A stretch of 64,000 nucleotides of DNA from Patescibacteria group bacterium. GTDB taxonomy: Bacteria; Patescibacteriota; Patescibacteriia; Patescibacteriales; UBA12465. The translations under genes and the position numbers were made by a program. Below the pieces are notes generated by a model, which saw only the letters and a list, made by a program, of their open reading frames with translations, made no database searches and was not told the origin of the DNA. The stretch lies in assembly GCA_041664445.1 (NCBI GenBank), contig JBAYKT010000006.1, forward strand, positions 8,058 to 72,057, written 5' to 3'. Below are positions 1 to 7,955 of this stretch, piece by piece. Each line of letters opens with the position of its first letter. Position 1 is the first letter of the stretch.

Positions 1-677
1 CTGCCTGGTTTCCAAGAGGCGTTCCCTCTTTAATGTGGGCTATCAAAGAATCCGGCTTACCAGCAAATGGCACCTGGAAAATTGAAATGATTAAAACCGA
101 TATCATGATACTCTTTCAAGAGTCTTCAGGATATAATCCGATTGGACGTTACACGTCTTATTTCGGTGATCAAATCATCCATCAATTTCCAGAAGTCGGG
201 TTATATCGCATTTCGTTTGGTCAGTTAACCGACGCCAACCAAATGGCTGAGGAATTTTTCTTCTTTGTGCGAGTAAGCGATTATCCAGGAAAAGTCGGCG
301 ATGAAGTTGATAACGATTATATTTTCCGCATGGAAAGTAAAGCGGCTACCGACACCTCTACCGGAGAAATTAAAAATTTGATTTATGTCTATTTTAAATT
401 CTCAGCTGGCATCAACATGGATCCCGAAAAAGCTTATTGTCGCTTAACCGACTTTCGCAAAGACGGCACGGAAATATCCGGCATGACGCACTTAAGAAAG
501 TGGCAATTTGCCAGAGACTACTACTATTTTGTCATTCACCCTGACAACGAATCTATGAGAAAATACCGCGCCATCTTTATGGTTAGCGATACTCAAGGTT
601 TTGAAGGCTATGCCGACCAAAACAATTACCGCTCCAGTTTGTGGAGCAAGTATGGCATCGAATTTGCCGTTCAATAA
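1..677 (+). CDS. hypothetical protein (possibly the C-terminal part of a longer ORF entering from upstream)
   Basis: The reading frame is open from the window edge (codons from nt 3) through the ATG at 33 to a TAA at 675-677. I recognise no motif. It is followed by a hairpin terminator at 731-767. Confidence 0.45.
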   Translation, partial: AWFPRGVPSLMWAIKESGLPANGTWKIEMIKTDIMILFQESSGYNPIGRYTSYFGDQIIHQFPEVGLYRISFGQLTDANQMAEEFFFFVRVSDYPGKVGDEVDNDYIFRMESKAATDTSTGEIKNLIYVYFKFSAGINMDPEKAYCRLTDFRKDGTEISGMTHLRKWQFARDYYYFVIHPDNESMRKYRAIFMVSDTQGFEGYADQNNYRSSLWSKYGIEFAVQ

Positions 678-730
678 AAAAACAAAGGCTTTTCAGCCAC
701 AACAAACAACAAAAAAACACGCAAAACAAA

Positions 731-767
731 AGACCCGAGAATCTCAAAACTCGGGTCTCTTTTTTTA
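731..767. terminator. bidirectional intrinsic terminator between convergent genes
   Basis: AGACCCGAG (731-739) / CTCGGGTCT (750-758) stem. T-run on the plus strand and tttgttttg on the minus strand. Confidence 0.75.
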
Positions 768-783
768 TAAAATTGCTAATTTC

Positions 784-1389
784 CTACCCCGCTATCAACT
801 TAAACAAGAAATTTACCGGCCCGGAGATTATCCCACCAAACAGCATCACGACGATAATTACAAACACAAAGCCCATCCTCTCTGAACTCAAATATCTTTC
901 CTTCAAATGCGGCGGTAAAAATAAGGCGAGCACCTTAGAACCATCAAGCGGTGGAATCGGAAGTAAATTAAAAACGGCCAAGAGCAAGTTGATATAAATT
1001 ATTACGCTTAGGAGCCCGGAAAAAGTCAGGCTCAAATAAGGCAAGAATTTAAGACATAAACCAAAAAATAAGGCAATTGCTAAATTACCTAAAGGCCCGG
1101 CAATCGCCACTTTGGCCTCGCCATATTTTTTATCCCTTAAATTATAAGGATTATAAGGCACCGGCTTGGCCCAGGCAATTAAAAATGGCATATGGGACAA
1201 AACCATCATCAAGGGCAAGAACAAAGACCCAAACCATTCTAAATGGGCCAGCGGATTTAAGGTTAAACGACCGGCATCTTTGGCGGTATTATCGCCTAAC
1301 TGATGAGCCACGTAGCCATGGAGGTATTCGTGAATTATAGCTGAAAAAATCAGCACAATTATTTGAAATATTTCTATCATATAGGCCAA
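784..1389 (-). CDS. site-2 protease family (peptidase M50) membrane zinc metalloprotease
   Basis: HExxH motif in a TM helix (IHEYLHGYVAHQLGD), polytopic hydrophobic profile, LLPIPPLDGSKV motif typical of M50/SpoIVFB-like proteases. Confidence 0.8.
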   Translation of the reverse strand: MAYMIEIFQIIVLIFSAIIHEYLHGYVAHQLGDNTAKDAGRLTLNPLAHLEWFGSLFLPLMMVLSHMPFLIAWAKPVPYNPYNLRDKKYGEAKVAIAGPLGNLAIALFFGLCLKFLPYLSLTFSGLLSVIIYINLLLAVFNLLPIPPLDGSKVLALFLPPHLKERYLSSERMGFVFVIIVVMLFGGIISGPVNFLFKLIAG

Positions 1390-1401
1390 TTATAACATAA
1401 C

Positions 1402-1430
1402 TTGATTAATTTTAAAAATGCTGTTAGAAT
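1402..1430 (+). promoter_or_regulatory. candidate sigma70 promoter for rpmB with an extended -10
   Basis: TTGATT (1402-1407), 17-nt spacer ending in TGt, TAGAAT (1425-1430). ATG at 1462. Confidence 0.55.
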
Positions 1431-1461
1431 AAAACCATTAAAATAAGCAAATAAAACCTAT

Positions 1462-1773
1462 ATGGCCAAAAAGTGTGATTTATGCGGACGCGGAGCAACT
1501 AAAGGTGCCAGCCGTTCCCACTCCAAGATTCAAACTCTAAAAAGACAAAATATCAACTTGCAAAGCAAGGTTATTGAAGGTGTCAAAGTTAAGGTCTGTA
1601 CTTCTTGCATGAGAACCTTAGCTAAACCGGTTAGAGTTAAAACCAAAAGAAAACCAGCCCTAAAAGTTGGTGAATTTGGAACTGCCAGAAAGACTGGTAA
1701 AAAAATTGTTAAACTTGCAAAAAACGCTAAAGCAAAACCAGTTGCAACTAAGTCTGTTAAAGCCAAAAAATAA
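1462..1773 (+). CDS. rpmB: 50S ribosomal protein L28, zinc-ribbon (CxxC...CxxC) form with a Lys-rich C-terminal extension
   Basis: N-terminus MAKKCDLCGRGATKGASRSHS matches the L28 pattern (xCxxxGKxxxxGNxxSHA). Second Cys pair is CTSC. About 40 extra K/A-rich residues at the C-terminus. Confidence 0.85.
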   Translation: MAKKCDLCGRGATKGASRSHSKIQTLKRQNINLQSKVIEGVKVKVCTSCMRTLAKPVRVKTKRKPALKVGEFGTARKTGKKIVKLAKNAKAKPVATKSVKAKK

Positions 1774-1795
1774 AAATTCAAATTTTTGAAATCTA

Positions 1796-1826
1796 AAACT
1801 CCGCCGATTGGCGGAGTTTTTGTTTT
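1796..1826. terminator. bidirectional intrinsic terminator after rpmB and after the convergent secreted-protein gene
   Basis: AAACTCCGCC (1796-1805), loop gatt, GGCGGAGTTT (1810-1819), then tttgtttt. Confidence 0.8.
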
Positions 1827-1841
1827 ACTAATTTTAACATC

Positions 1842-2813
1842 CTATTTTCTAATGTTCGCCGCTTCACTTTCTGTTATTGTTCCGCTGACTTGCTTAATCA
1901 CGATACCGCCTCCGTGCAATTTATTAATTACAGCAGTTACGGTTTTATCTGTTTTATTAAAGTCGCTGTCTATCTTAACATAACGGAATAAATCATTATC
2001 AAAATAAGCTAAAGTCAAATCACTTTCATCAAAATTTTTATCACGCTGTTTATATAAACTAACAGCGGCATCAGTATATTGTACAGAAATTACCGCCGAG
2101 CTCAATAAAGCATGATCCCCTGGTTGCAAAAAATAAGAACCACCGATATAGCTATCATAATCTGTTGCGGAAACGGCGCTTATTTTAAATGCTGTATCAC
2201 TTTCAGCGGTAAAATAAAAAGATAGAGTGCTAAAAACCGTACCCTGTTCATCAGTTGACTTAGCTGTCATGGATTTATCTGTAGTAATAGTAGTTGACTG
2301 AGCAGCTTTAGGAGATGATTCGGCGGGAGTATTTGAAGACTGACTTAATAATGAGTCGGTGCGATTTTTATCCTTATTAGACAAAGGGATTTTAGATAAA
2401 TCGCTATTCTTAATACCCAAACCTAATTTTCTCATAACCGCATAAGCAGCCGCTCCATCTTTCAAATAATTATATCTACCGTCAAAACTAATATAATAAG
2501 CTTCGCCTTTAGACTCTACTTGCAAAAATATCTTACCAATAAATTTTTTGCGATAATTAGCGTCCGTTTTAATTTTATCTAGATTTTTATTACTTATCCC
2601 GATACCAAGACTTTTCATGACATTATAGGCATCGGAGCCATTAGACATATAATAGCGCTGTCCATCTTTTGGATTAACGTACCAAGCTTCACCCTTAGAT
2701 TCGACCTGTAATAATATCCGGCCCTGTAAGTTAGACGCGGTGGCGGATTTAACGGAAAAAAGAGGACTAAATAAAGCAAAAATTAAAAAAACAATTAATA
2801 AACTCCGTCTCAT
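1842..2813 (-). CDS. secreted protein with two tandem ~50-aa repeats, function unknown
   Basis: Signal-peptide-like N-terminus (MRRSLLIVFLIFALFSPLFSVKSATA). Repeats are GRILLQVESKGEAWYVNPKDGQRYY...LGIGISNKNLDKI and GKIFLQVESKGEAYYISFDGRYNY...LGLGIKNSDLSKI. Ser/Thr-rich linker, then a C-terminal domain of unknown fold. Confidence 0.6.
   Translation of the reverse strand: MRRSLLIVFLIFALFSPLFSVKSATASNLQGRILLQVESKGEAWYVNPKDGQRYYMSNGSDAYNVMKSLGIGISNKNLDKIKTDANYRKKFIGKIFLQVESKGEAYYISFDGRYNYLKDGAAAYAVMRKLGLGIKNSDLSKIPLSNKDKNRTDSLLSQSSNTPAESSPKAAQSTTITTDKSMTAKSTDEQGTVFSTLSFYFTAESDTAFKISAVSATDYDSYIGGSYFLQPGDHALLSSAVISVQYTDAAVSLYKQRDKNFDESDLTLAYFDNDLFRYVKIDSDFNKTDKTVTAVINKLHGGGIVIKQVSGTITESEAANIRK
2388..2723 (-). 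repeat. protein-level tandem duplication (2 x ~50 aa) inside the secreted protein
   Basis: Repeat 1 is aa 31-81 and repeat 2 is aa 93-142 of ORF 1842-2813. Shared core: LQVESKGEAxY...DG.xYY/NY...AY.VM+.LG.GI.N.+L.KI. Confidence 0.7.
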
Positions 2814-2831
2814 AAAATAATAATTAATAAA

Positions 2832-4166
2832 TTATCTATAATAATTATAGCAAATAATAATAAGAAGTAACAAATAATAAACGAAGGTGCCTAAATAATC
2901 AAAGTTGTTAATTTCGATGGCCGCCCAGTTCGGCGCGGCAAAAAATCGGGCAGCGACAAAAATAAATTTCAGCATCAAATAAGCCGGCGCAAACAACCAT
3001 GGTCCAAGACTAGGAAAAATTAACGCAGGAATAATTGGAATAATTAAAGCTGCGAGCAAAAACGGAAATATCCAAATCACCGCCGGATTAGCAACAAAAG
3101 AAATTACAGAAAATTGTTTAAAGTTACTAATCATAATCGGCAAGACGGCTAATTGGCAGGCGAGCGTTAAGCTAAATATCTCCCAGATGCCAATAATTAA
3201 CTTCCCTGTTAATCCGGAAAATTTCTTTTTTATTTTTGGCGCCAATTGAGCAAAAAATGGATAAATATAAATTATTCCGCTTACTGCGGCAAACGAAAGT
3301 TGAAAACCAACATCATCCCTTAATAAACGATGATTAAAAACTAACATCAGGGCTGCCGAGAAAACTAAAGCGCGAATGATTGAAGACAGGCGCCCATAAT
3401 ACAAAGCGAGAAATACCAAGCCGCCCATAATCGCCGAGCGGACAGCGGAAGCACTCAGGCCAGTTATCAAAGGATATAAAAACAAAAAAAGAAAAACAAT
3501 TTTTAAAGCAGCCTGACGGCGCAAACCGATAAACAAGGCCACGTTTAGAACCATGGCGCTCATAATCGTGATATGTGAACCAGAAATAGCAATTAAATGA
3601 CTTAGTCCCACACGAGCGAATAAATCAGAATCTTCAGATAAAATTGTGCGACGATAACCTAAGAGCAAGGCGTCCGCCAAGCCCGCTTCTGGTTCGGGCA
3701 AAGACCTATCAATGGTTAATTTAATTCCCTGCTTTATTTTTAAGAGCCGCCCATAAATCTTCTGCCCAAAACTTAAATCCCCGCTCGCCCTCGTGATTTT
3801 TGGATAATACATCACGGAATAAATATCATAACGTGCTAAATAGCGTTCATAATCAAAACCCTTGAACTCTTCGGGTGTCTTTACTGAGCCGCTAATTTGT
3901 AAAAAATCGCCATAATCATATTCCGGGTAGAGATTGGTCGTAATTAAAACCCGACTGCCAGCGCAAACGATTAAACGCCGACTCTTATAATCAATATCTG
4001 CTTCTTCGCAAACCCGGCCGCTAAAATCTAAATTCTGGCCATTATAATAAGCGGCATCGGTATTTTTAAAAGTAGGCAAAAAAGCGCGCTTATCTATACC
4101 ACGCGCAAAAATAAACAGAATAAAAATTAAATTAACAGCAAAAAATATCTTAGACGGTGTTAGCAT
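2832..4166 (-). CDS. comEC: ComEC/Rec2-family DNA internalisation channel protein, short form (no C-terminal metallo-beta-lactamase domain)
   Basis: N-terminal OB-like region followed by a polytopic competence domain with the motif GLSHLIAISGSHITI. 444 aa, ending in TM helices. Confidence 0.8.
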   Translation of the reverse strand: MLTPSKIFFAVNLIFILFIFARGIDKRAFLPTFKNTDAAYYNGQNLDFSGRVCEEADIDYKSRRLIVCAGSRVLITTNLYPEYDYGDFLQISGSVKTPEEFKGFDYERYLARYDIYSVMYYPKITRASGDLSFGQKIYGRLLKIKQGIKLTIDRSLPEPEAGLADALLLGYRRTILSEDSDLFARVGLSHLIAISGSHITIMSAMVLNVALFIGLRRQAALKIVFLFLFLYPLITGLSASAVRSAIMGGLVFLALYYGRLSSIIRALVFSAALMLVFNHRLLRDDVGFQLSFAAVSGIIYIYPFFAQLAPKIKKKFSGLTGKLIIGIWEIFSLTLACQLAVLPIMISNFKQFSVISFVANPAVIWIFPFLLAALIIPIIPALIFPSLGPWLFAPAYLMLKFIFVAARFFAAPNWAAIEINNFDYLGTFVYYLLLLIIICYNYYR

Positions 4167-4195
4167 AAAAAAATACTCTCTTAATGAGAGTATTT
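4167..4195 (-). terminator. hairpin plus T-run directly abutting the comEC start codon (terminator or attenuator after the HIT-like gene)
   Basis: The minus strand reads AATACTCTC attaa GAGAGTATT ttttttt, then the ATG of comEC at 4166. Confidence 0.5.
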
Positions 4196-4226
4196 TAACT
4201 AACGAGTAATAAAATGATAATAAAAT

Positions 4227-4703
4227 CTATAGACCCCAGGCTTCATCAGAATATTTGGGCAAAGCAAATATCTTTTCAATCTCCGTTTGTAACAATTTTA
4301 CATCGTCTCCGCTCAAAGGCTCAAAGCCTTCATAAAATCCAGTCTTTCGATCAGGCAAATACATACTTTCCGGCCACGGCTGTTTAACGGCATTAGTCGC
4401 ACGCCCAAAAATATGAACATGCAAAAAGGGTTGAGGATTATCACCTTTCCAAAACCAATTGCCCATGTCTTGATAATTAATTTTAATCACCGGTATCCCC
4501 TGTTCATTCATAACTTTCTCCAAAGCTAGACCGCAGACAATCGTAAAACGCATCAGCTCAATCGCCAGCTTCGGCTCCAATTTTGTCCGGTCAGAAATAG
4601 TTTTATCTTTCGGCAATATCCGAATATGGCCGCCGTCTGTTCGCGGCAAAAACGGCTGTTCATGAGATTCAACAATAAAATTTTTAGTTTCAAAAATAAA
4701 CAT
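4227..4703 (-). CDS. HIT-like nucleotide hydrolase/transferase-fold protein (degenerate histidine triad)
   Basis: C-terminal half carries PFLHVHIFGR, resembling the HxHxHxx triad with one His replaced. Overall size fits the HIT fold. Assignment is tentative. Confidence 0.4.
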   Translation of the reverse strand: MFIFETKNFIVESHEQPFLPRTDGGHIRILPKDKTISDRTKLEPKLAIELMRFTIVCGLALEKVMNEQGIPVIKINYQDMGNWFWKGDNPQPFLHVHIFGRATNAVKQPWPESMYLPDRKTGFYEGFEPLSGDDVKLLQTEIEKIFALPKYSDEAWGL

Positions 4704-4706
4704 ATA

Positions 4707-5801
4707 TTATTTCTTTAAAAATCTTAAATAGGCTTCCATAAATGGTTCTAAATCGCCGTCTAAAACCGCGTCCACATTAGAAGTTTCATATTCACTGCGA
4801 TGATCTTTAACTAATTTATTGCCATACATAAAATATGAACGGATTTGTTTCCCCCATTCCGCTTTCTGGACGCCGCCTTTTAATTTCTTTTCTTCCGCTT
4901 CCCGCTCCTCCAACAAGCGCTGATTTAACTTGGCGCGTAAAATTTTAAAAGCATTTTCTTTATTTTGATGTTGCGAGCGTTCAGTTTGGCAAGAAACGGT
5001 GACGCCGCTCGCCAGATGAACGATGCGGACAGCGGAATCAGTCGTGTTCACGCTTTGACCGCCCGGACCGCTAGAACGAAAAACATCTATCCGAATATCT
5101 TCGTCCTTAATCACGATCGCACCTTCATCAGCAATTTCCGGAATAACTTCTATTAAGGCAAAAGAAGTTTGACGCAGGCCATCGGCATTGAAGGGCGAAT
5201 TGCGGAGCAAACGATGAACACCGTTCTCGCTTTTTAAATAACCATAGGCATATTGACCGCTAAGGCGCAGATCAACGCTTTTAATTCCCGCTTCGTTGCC
5301 ATAGTTTCTATCTAGAATCTCGGCCTTAAAACCCTTGCGCTCAGCAAAGCGCAAATACATACGTTCTAACATCTGAGCCCAATCCTGAGCGTCCACACCG
5401 CCCGTACCAGCGTGAATGGACAAAAAAGCATTAGCTCTATCATGCGCTCCGGAAAAGAGCGAGAAAAACTCTAATTGCGAAAAATCCTTTTCTAAAAGCA
5501 CGGTTTTCTTTTCTAGTTCCTGAGTTAATTCATCAGTCGCCTCCTGTTTCGCTAAATTAGCCATTTCTTGAGTTTCCTGGATTTCTTGTTCAATCGCGGC
5601 CCATTGTTTAATTTCCGTCGCCAACTCCTCGGCTTCTTGGCCAACTTTAACCGCCACTTCTTGGTTGTTCCAAAAATCTGGCGCCGACATCTGTTTCCGC
5701 AGTTCTTGTTCGCGACCAATTTTAACTTCAATATTCAAAAGCGCCTTGATTTTTGATAATCTAGCTTGCAGTTCTTTTAGTTTTTCTAAGATGGCTTCCA
5801 T
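4707..5801 (-). CDS. prfB: peptide chain release factor 2, encoded in a single uninterrupted frame
   Basis: SPF tripeptide (RNSPFNADG), GGQ motif (SGPGGQSVNTTDSAVRIVHLASG). 364 aa with no internal in-frame stop or frameshift site. Confidence 0.95.
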   Translation of the reverse strand: MEAILEKLKELQARLSKIKALLNIEVKIGREQELRKQMSAPDFWNNQEVAVKVGQEAEELATEIKQWAAIEQEIQETQEMANLAKQEATDELTQELEKKTVLLEKDFSQLEFFSLFSGAHDRANAFLSIHAGTGGVDAQDWAQMLERMYLRFAERKGFKAEILDRNYGNEAGIKSVDLRLSGQYAYGYLKSENGVHRLLRNSPFNADGLRQTSFALIEVIPEIADEGAIVIKDEDIRIDVFRSSGPGGQSVNTTDSAVRIVHLASGVTVSCQTERSQHQNKENAFKILRAKLNQRLLEEREAEEKKLKGGVQKAEWGKQIRSYFMYGNKLVKDHRSEYETSNVDAVLDGDLEPFMEAYLRFLKK

Positions 5802-5807
5802 ATCTTG

Positions 5808-5835
5808 ATTATAACAAACGGGCGCTATAAAGCAA
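5808..5835 (-). promoter_or_regulatory. candidate prfB promoter (TTGCTT-16 nt-TGtTATAAT) placed for a leaderless transcript
   Basis: The minus strand reads TTGCTT (5835-5830), a 16-nt spacer ending in TGT, and TATAAT (5813-5808). Only 6 nt (caagat) separate it from the prfB ATG at 5801. Confidence 0.6.
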
Positions 5836-5860
5836 AAGCCGTCTTTTGGAGACGGCTTTG
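5831..5860 (-). terminator. intrinsic terminator after rpsI (end of the infA-to-rpsI operon)
   Basis: The minus strand reads AAAGCCGTC tccaaaa GACGGCTTT, then tgctttat. Confidence 0.7.
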
Positions 5861-5880
5861 CGATATATGAGATATAAAAA

Positions 5881-6381
5881 TTAACGTTTGCTCCATTGTG
5901 GGGCTTTTCTGGCTTTTCTTAAACCCGGTTTCTTTCTTTCAACTTGTCTTGGATCGCGAGTCAAGAAGCCGTTCACTTTCAAAGCTTCTTTAGTATTTGG
6001 GTCGAGAGCAAAAATAGCACGAGCGATACCTAATTTAACGGCATCAACTTGACCGAATTTACCGCCGCCATTAACAATTACGGAGAAATTAAAATCACGA
6101 TTATGGCCGGTGACTTTTAAAGGCTGAACAATATTATTAAATCCTTCACCTTGAAAATATTCTGCAGCGCGCTTACCGTTGACCATAATTACGCCCTTGC
6201 CGCCTTCATACAAGCGGACCTGAGCGGAGGCCTGTTTACGACGACCGACAGCTTTAATATATTTACCGGAGAATTCCACTACGCTTTCGTTCTTAGCCCA
6301 TTCTTTATCATCGAAAGTTACGTCATCAACCACGGCTTCAAATTCGTCTTCCATGATGTCTTTGGTTTTTTTATCTGCCAT
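5881..6381 (-). CDS. rpsI: 30S ribosomal protein S9 with an acidic N-terminal extension
   Basis: GRRKQASAQVRL... and the C-terminal RQVERKKPGLRKARKAPQWSKR match S9. About 38 extra acidic residues at the N-terminus. Confidence 0.95.
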   Translation of the reverse strand: MADKKTKDIMEDEFEAVVDDVTFDDKEWAKNESVVEFSGKYIKAVGRRKQASAQVRLYEGGKGVIMVNGKRAAEYFQGEGFNNIVQPLKVTGHNRDFNFSVIVNGGGKFGQVDAVKLGIARAIFALDPNTKEALKVNGFLTRDPRQVERKKPGLRKARKAPQWSKR

Positions 6382-6382
6382 A

Positions 6383-6739
6383 TTATTTTATAATTAATCT
6401 TTTGAGCATATTAACGCGCAACTTGGTTGGCGGCAACATTTCTCTAACCGCCCGTTGTAAAACTTCTCCCGGATTAAGCGCGAAAACCGTGGACATTTTT
6501 TTAGATTTTAAACCACCGATATAGCCGGAAAAATGATGATATTCTTTCTGATCAAGTTTTTTGCCGGTAAACTTCAACTTGCTGATATTTTTAACTTCCA
6601 CAATATCGCCCATATCGATATGAGCTTGGTATTCTGGTTTATTTTTACCATGAAGCAGATTAGCAATCTTGGTGGCTAAACGACCAACAGTTTGATCGGT
6701 GGCGTCCAGTTGATGCAATTTTCTTTCAATATTTTTCAT
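6383..6739 (-). CDS. rplM: 50S ribosomal protein L13 (short)
   Basis: DATDQTVGRLATKIANLLHGKNKPEYQAHIDMGD matches the L13 N-terminal signature. Lies immediately upstream of rpsI, the conserved rplM-rpsI pair. Confidence 0.9.
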   Translation of the reverse strand: MKNIERKLHQLDATDQTVGRLATKIANLLHGKNKPEYQAHIDMGDIVEVKNISKLKFTGKKLDQKEYHHFSGYIGGLKSKKMSTVFALNPGEVLQRAVREMLPPTKLRVNMLKRLIIK

Positions 6740-6743
6740 ATTT

Positions 6744-7094
6744 TTATACTAATTCAATTTGAACCATTTCCGCACCATCGCCCTGTCTGACTCCCAGCTT
6801 AACGATTCTGGTGTAACCTCCAGCGCGTTCTTTATAACGGACACCTAAAACATCCATGGTTTTTTTAATAGCGTTCTTTTGCAAGAGAACTTTGATTAAA
6901 CCGCGGCGAGCTGCTAAATCTCCGGCCTTAGAAGCGGTAATCATTCTTTCTACTAGTGGTCTAACAGCCTGGGCCTTAGCCTTGGTTGTTTTAACTTTTT
7001 CATATAAAAGAATGCTAGACGCTAAATTTCTAAGCATCAATTCGCGTGGACCCTTTTCTCGGTCTAAAATTTTGTTTTTATTTCTGTGACGCAT
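6744..7094 (-). CDS. rplQ: 50S ribosomal protein L17
   Basis: MRHRNKNKILDREKGPRELMLRNLASSILLYEKVKTTKAKAQAVRPLVERMIT is a typical L17 sequence. Follows rpoA. Confidence 0.95.
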   Translation of the reverse strand: MRHRNKNKILDREKGPRELMLRNLASSILLYEKVKTTKAKAQAVRPLVERMITASKAGDLAARRGLIKVLLQKNAIKKTMDVLGVRYKERAGGYTRIVKLGVRQGDGAEMVQIELV

Positions 7095-7106
7095 AAACAG
7101 GCTTAA

Positions 7107-7946
7107 TTATTTCTTTGGTTTTTTAACTTTTTCTTTTTTTTCTTTTTTAGGCTCAGCGGCTTCTTCATCTTCAACAATTTCAGCTACAGCTTCGTCTTCT
7201 TCAATAACGACTTCAGCTTCAATCTGGTTAGCGGCTTCGGCGGCCATTTCTTTGCCGATATTTTCCGGTAACAAGGCTTTATATTGTTCAACTAATATTT
7301 TAACCGCTTCATTGAAAGCATCTTCCGGGCTAATTGTGCCATCAGTTTTAACATTCAAAACTAACTTATCCCAGTTGGTCATTTTACCGACACGGGCATT
7401 ATCAACTTGAATGCTAACAACAGTTACCGGAGAAAAGATGGAATCAATTTCAATGAAACCAATTTCCTTATTTTCTTTCTTATTGCCTTCAGACATTTTA
7501 TAACCACGTCCGCCTTTTACTAAAATTTCAGCTTCTAAGCTTCCGGCTTCGTCCGTAATATTAGCAATCACTAAATCCGGATTCTTAACCTCCACATCGC
7601 TATTTTTAGCAATATCACCGGCAGTAACCACTTTCTTGCCTTTAACTTTTAATTCCAAGCGGATTTCTTCTTCGGTAAAAACCTTAAGTCTTAATTGCTT
7701 CAAGTTTAAAATCATTTCTAAAACATCTTCTTTAATATGAGGCAGGGCCATAAATTCATGGCTAGCACCTTTAATTTTTACTCCGATGACAGCGGCTCCT
7801 GGCAAAGAAGACAAGAGTACGCGGCGCAAGGAATTTCCCAAGGTCATACCATAGCCAGGAAATAGAGGCTCGATAGTAATGATTCCCTCGTTGGTATCAC
7901 CAACGGTCTTAAAATCAATTTTCTTAGGATTAGCGATGTTTTGCAT
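7107..7946 (-). CDS. rpoA: DNA-directed RNA polymerase alpha subunit, N-terminal domain only plus an acidic/Lys-rich tail
   Basis: GYGMTLGNSLRRVLLSSLPGAAV is the alpha-NTD signature. Conserved position between rpsD and rplQ. The last 53 aa are low complexity, with no alpha-CTD motif. Confidence 0.9.
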   Translation of the reverse strand: MQNIANPKKIDFKTVGDTNEGIITIEPLFPGYGMTLGNSLRRVLLSSLPGAAVIGVKIKGASHEFMALPHIKEDVLEMILNLKQLRLKVFTEEEIRLELKVKGKKVVTAGDIAKNSDVEVKNPDLVIANITDEAGSLEAEILVKGGRGYKMSEGNKKENKEIGFIEIDSIFSPVTVVSIQVDNARVGKMTNWDKLVLNVKTDGTISPEDAFNEAVKILVEQYKALLPENIGKEMAAEAANQIEAEVVIEEDEAVAEIVEDEEAAEPKKEKKEKVKKPKK

Positions 7947-7955
7947 ATTATTTTT

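Noticed and set aside
601-997. Two plus-strand ORFs (601-885, 641-997) spanning the terminator and running antisense to the M50 protease gene
   Set aside because: They run through a clear hairpin terminator and lie opposite a gene with an HExxH motif. The translations are K/Q/T-rich with no features.
4227-4703. A specific assignment of the 158-aa protein as Ap4A phosphorylase/GalT or Hint
   Set aside because: Only a partial histidine triad (HVHIF) is visible and the rest of the sequence is not diagnostic. It is left as a HIT-like fold at low confidence.
4707-5801. Programmed +1 frameshift site in prfB
   Set aside because: I looked for an early in-frame TGA preceded by an SD-like element. 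The ORF is continuous from the ATG at 5801, so no frameshift is needed.
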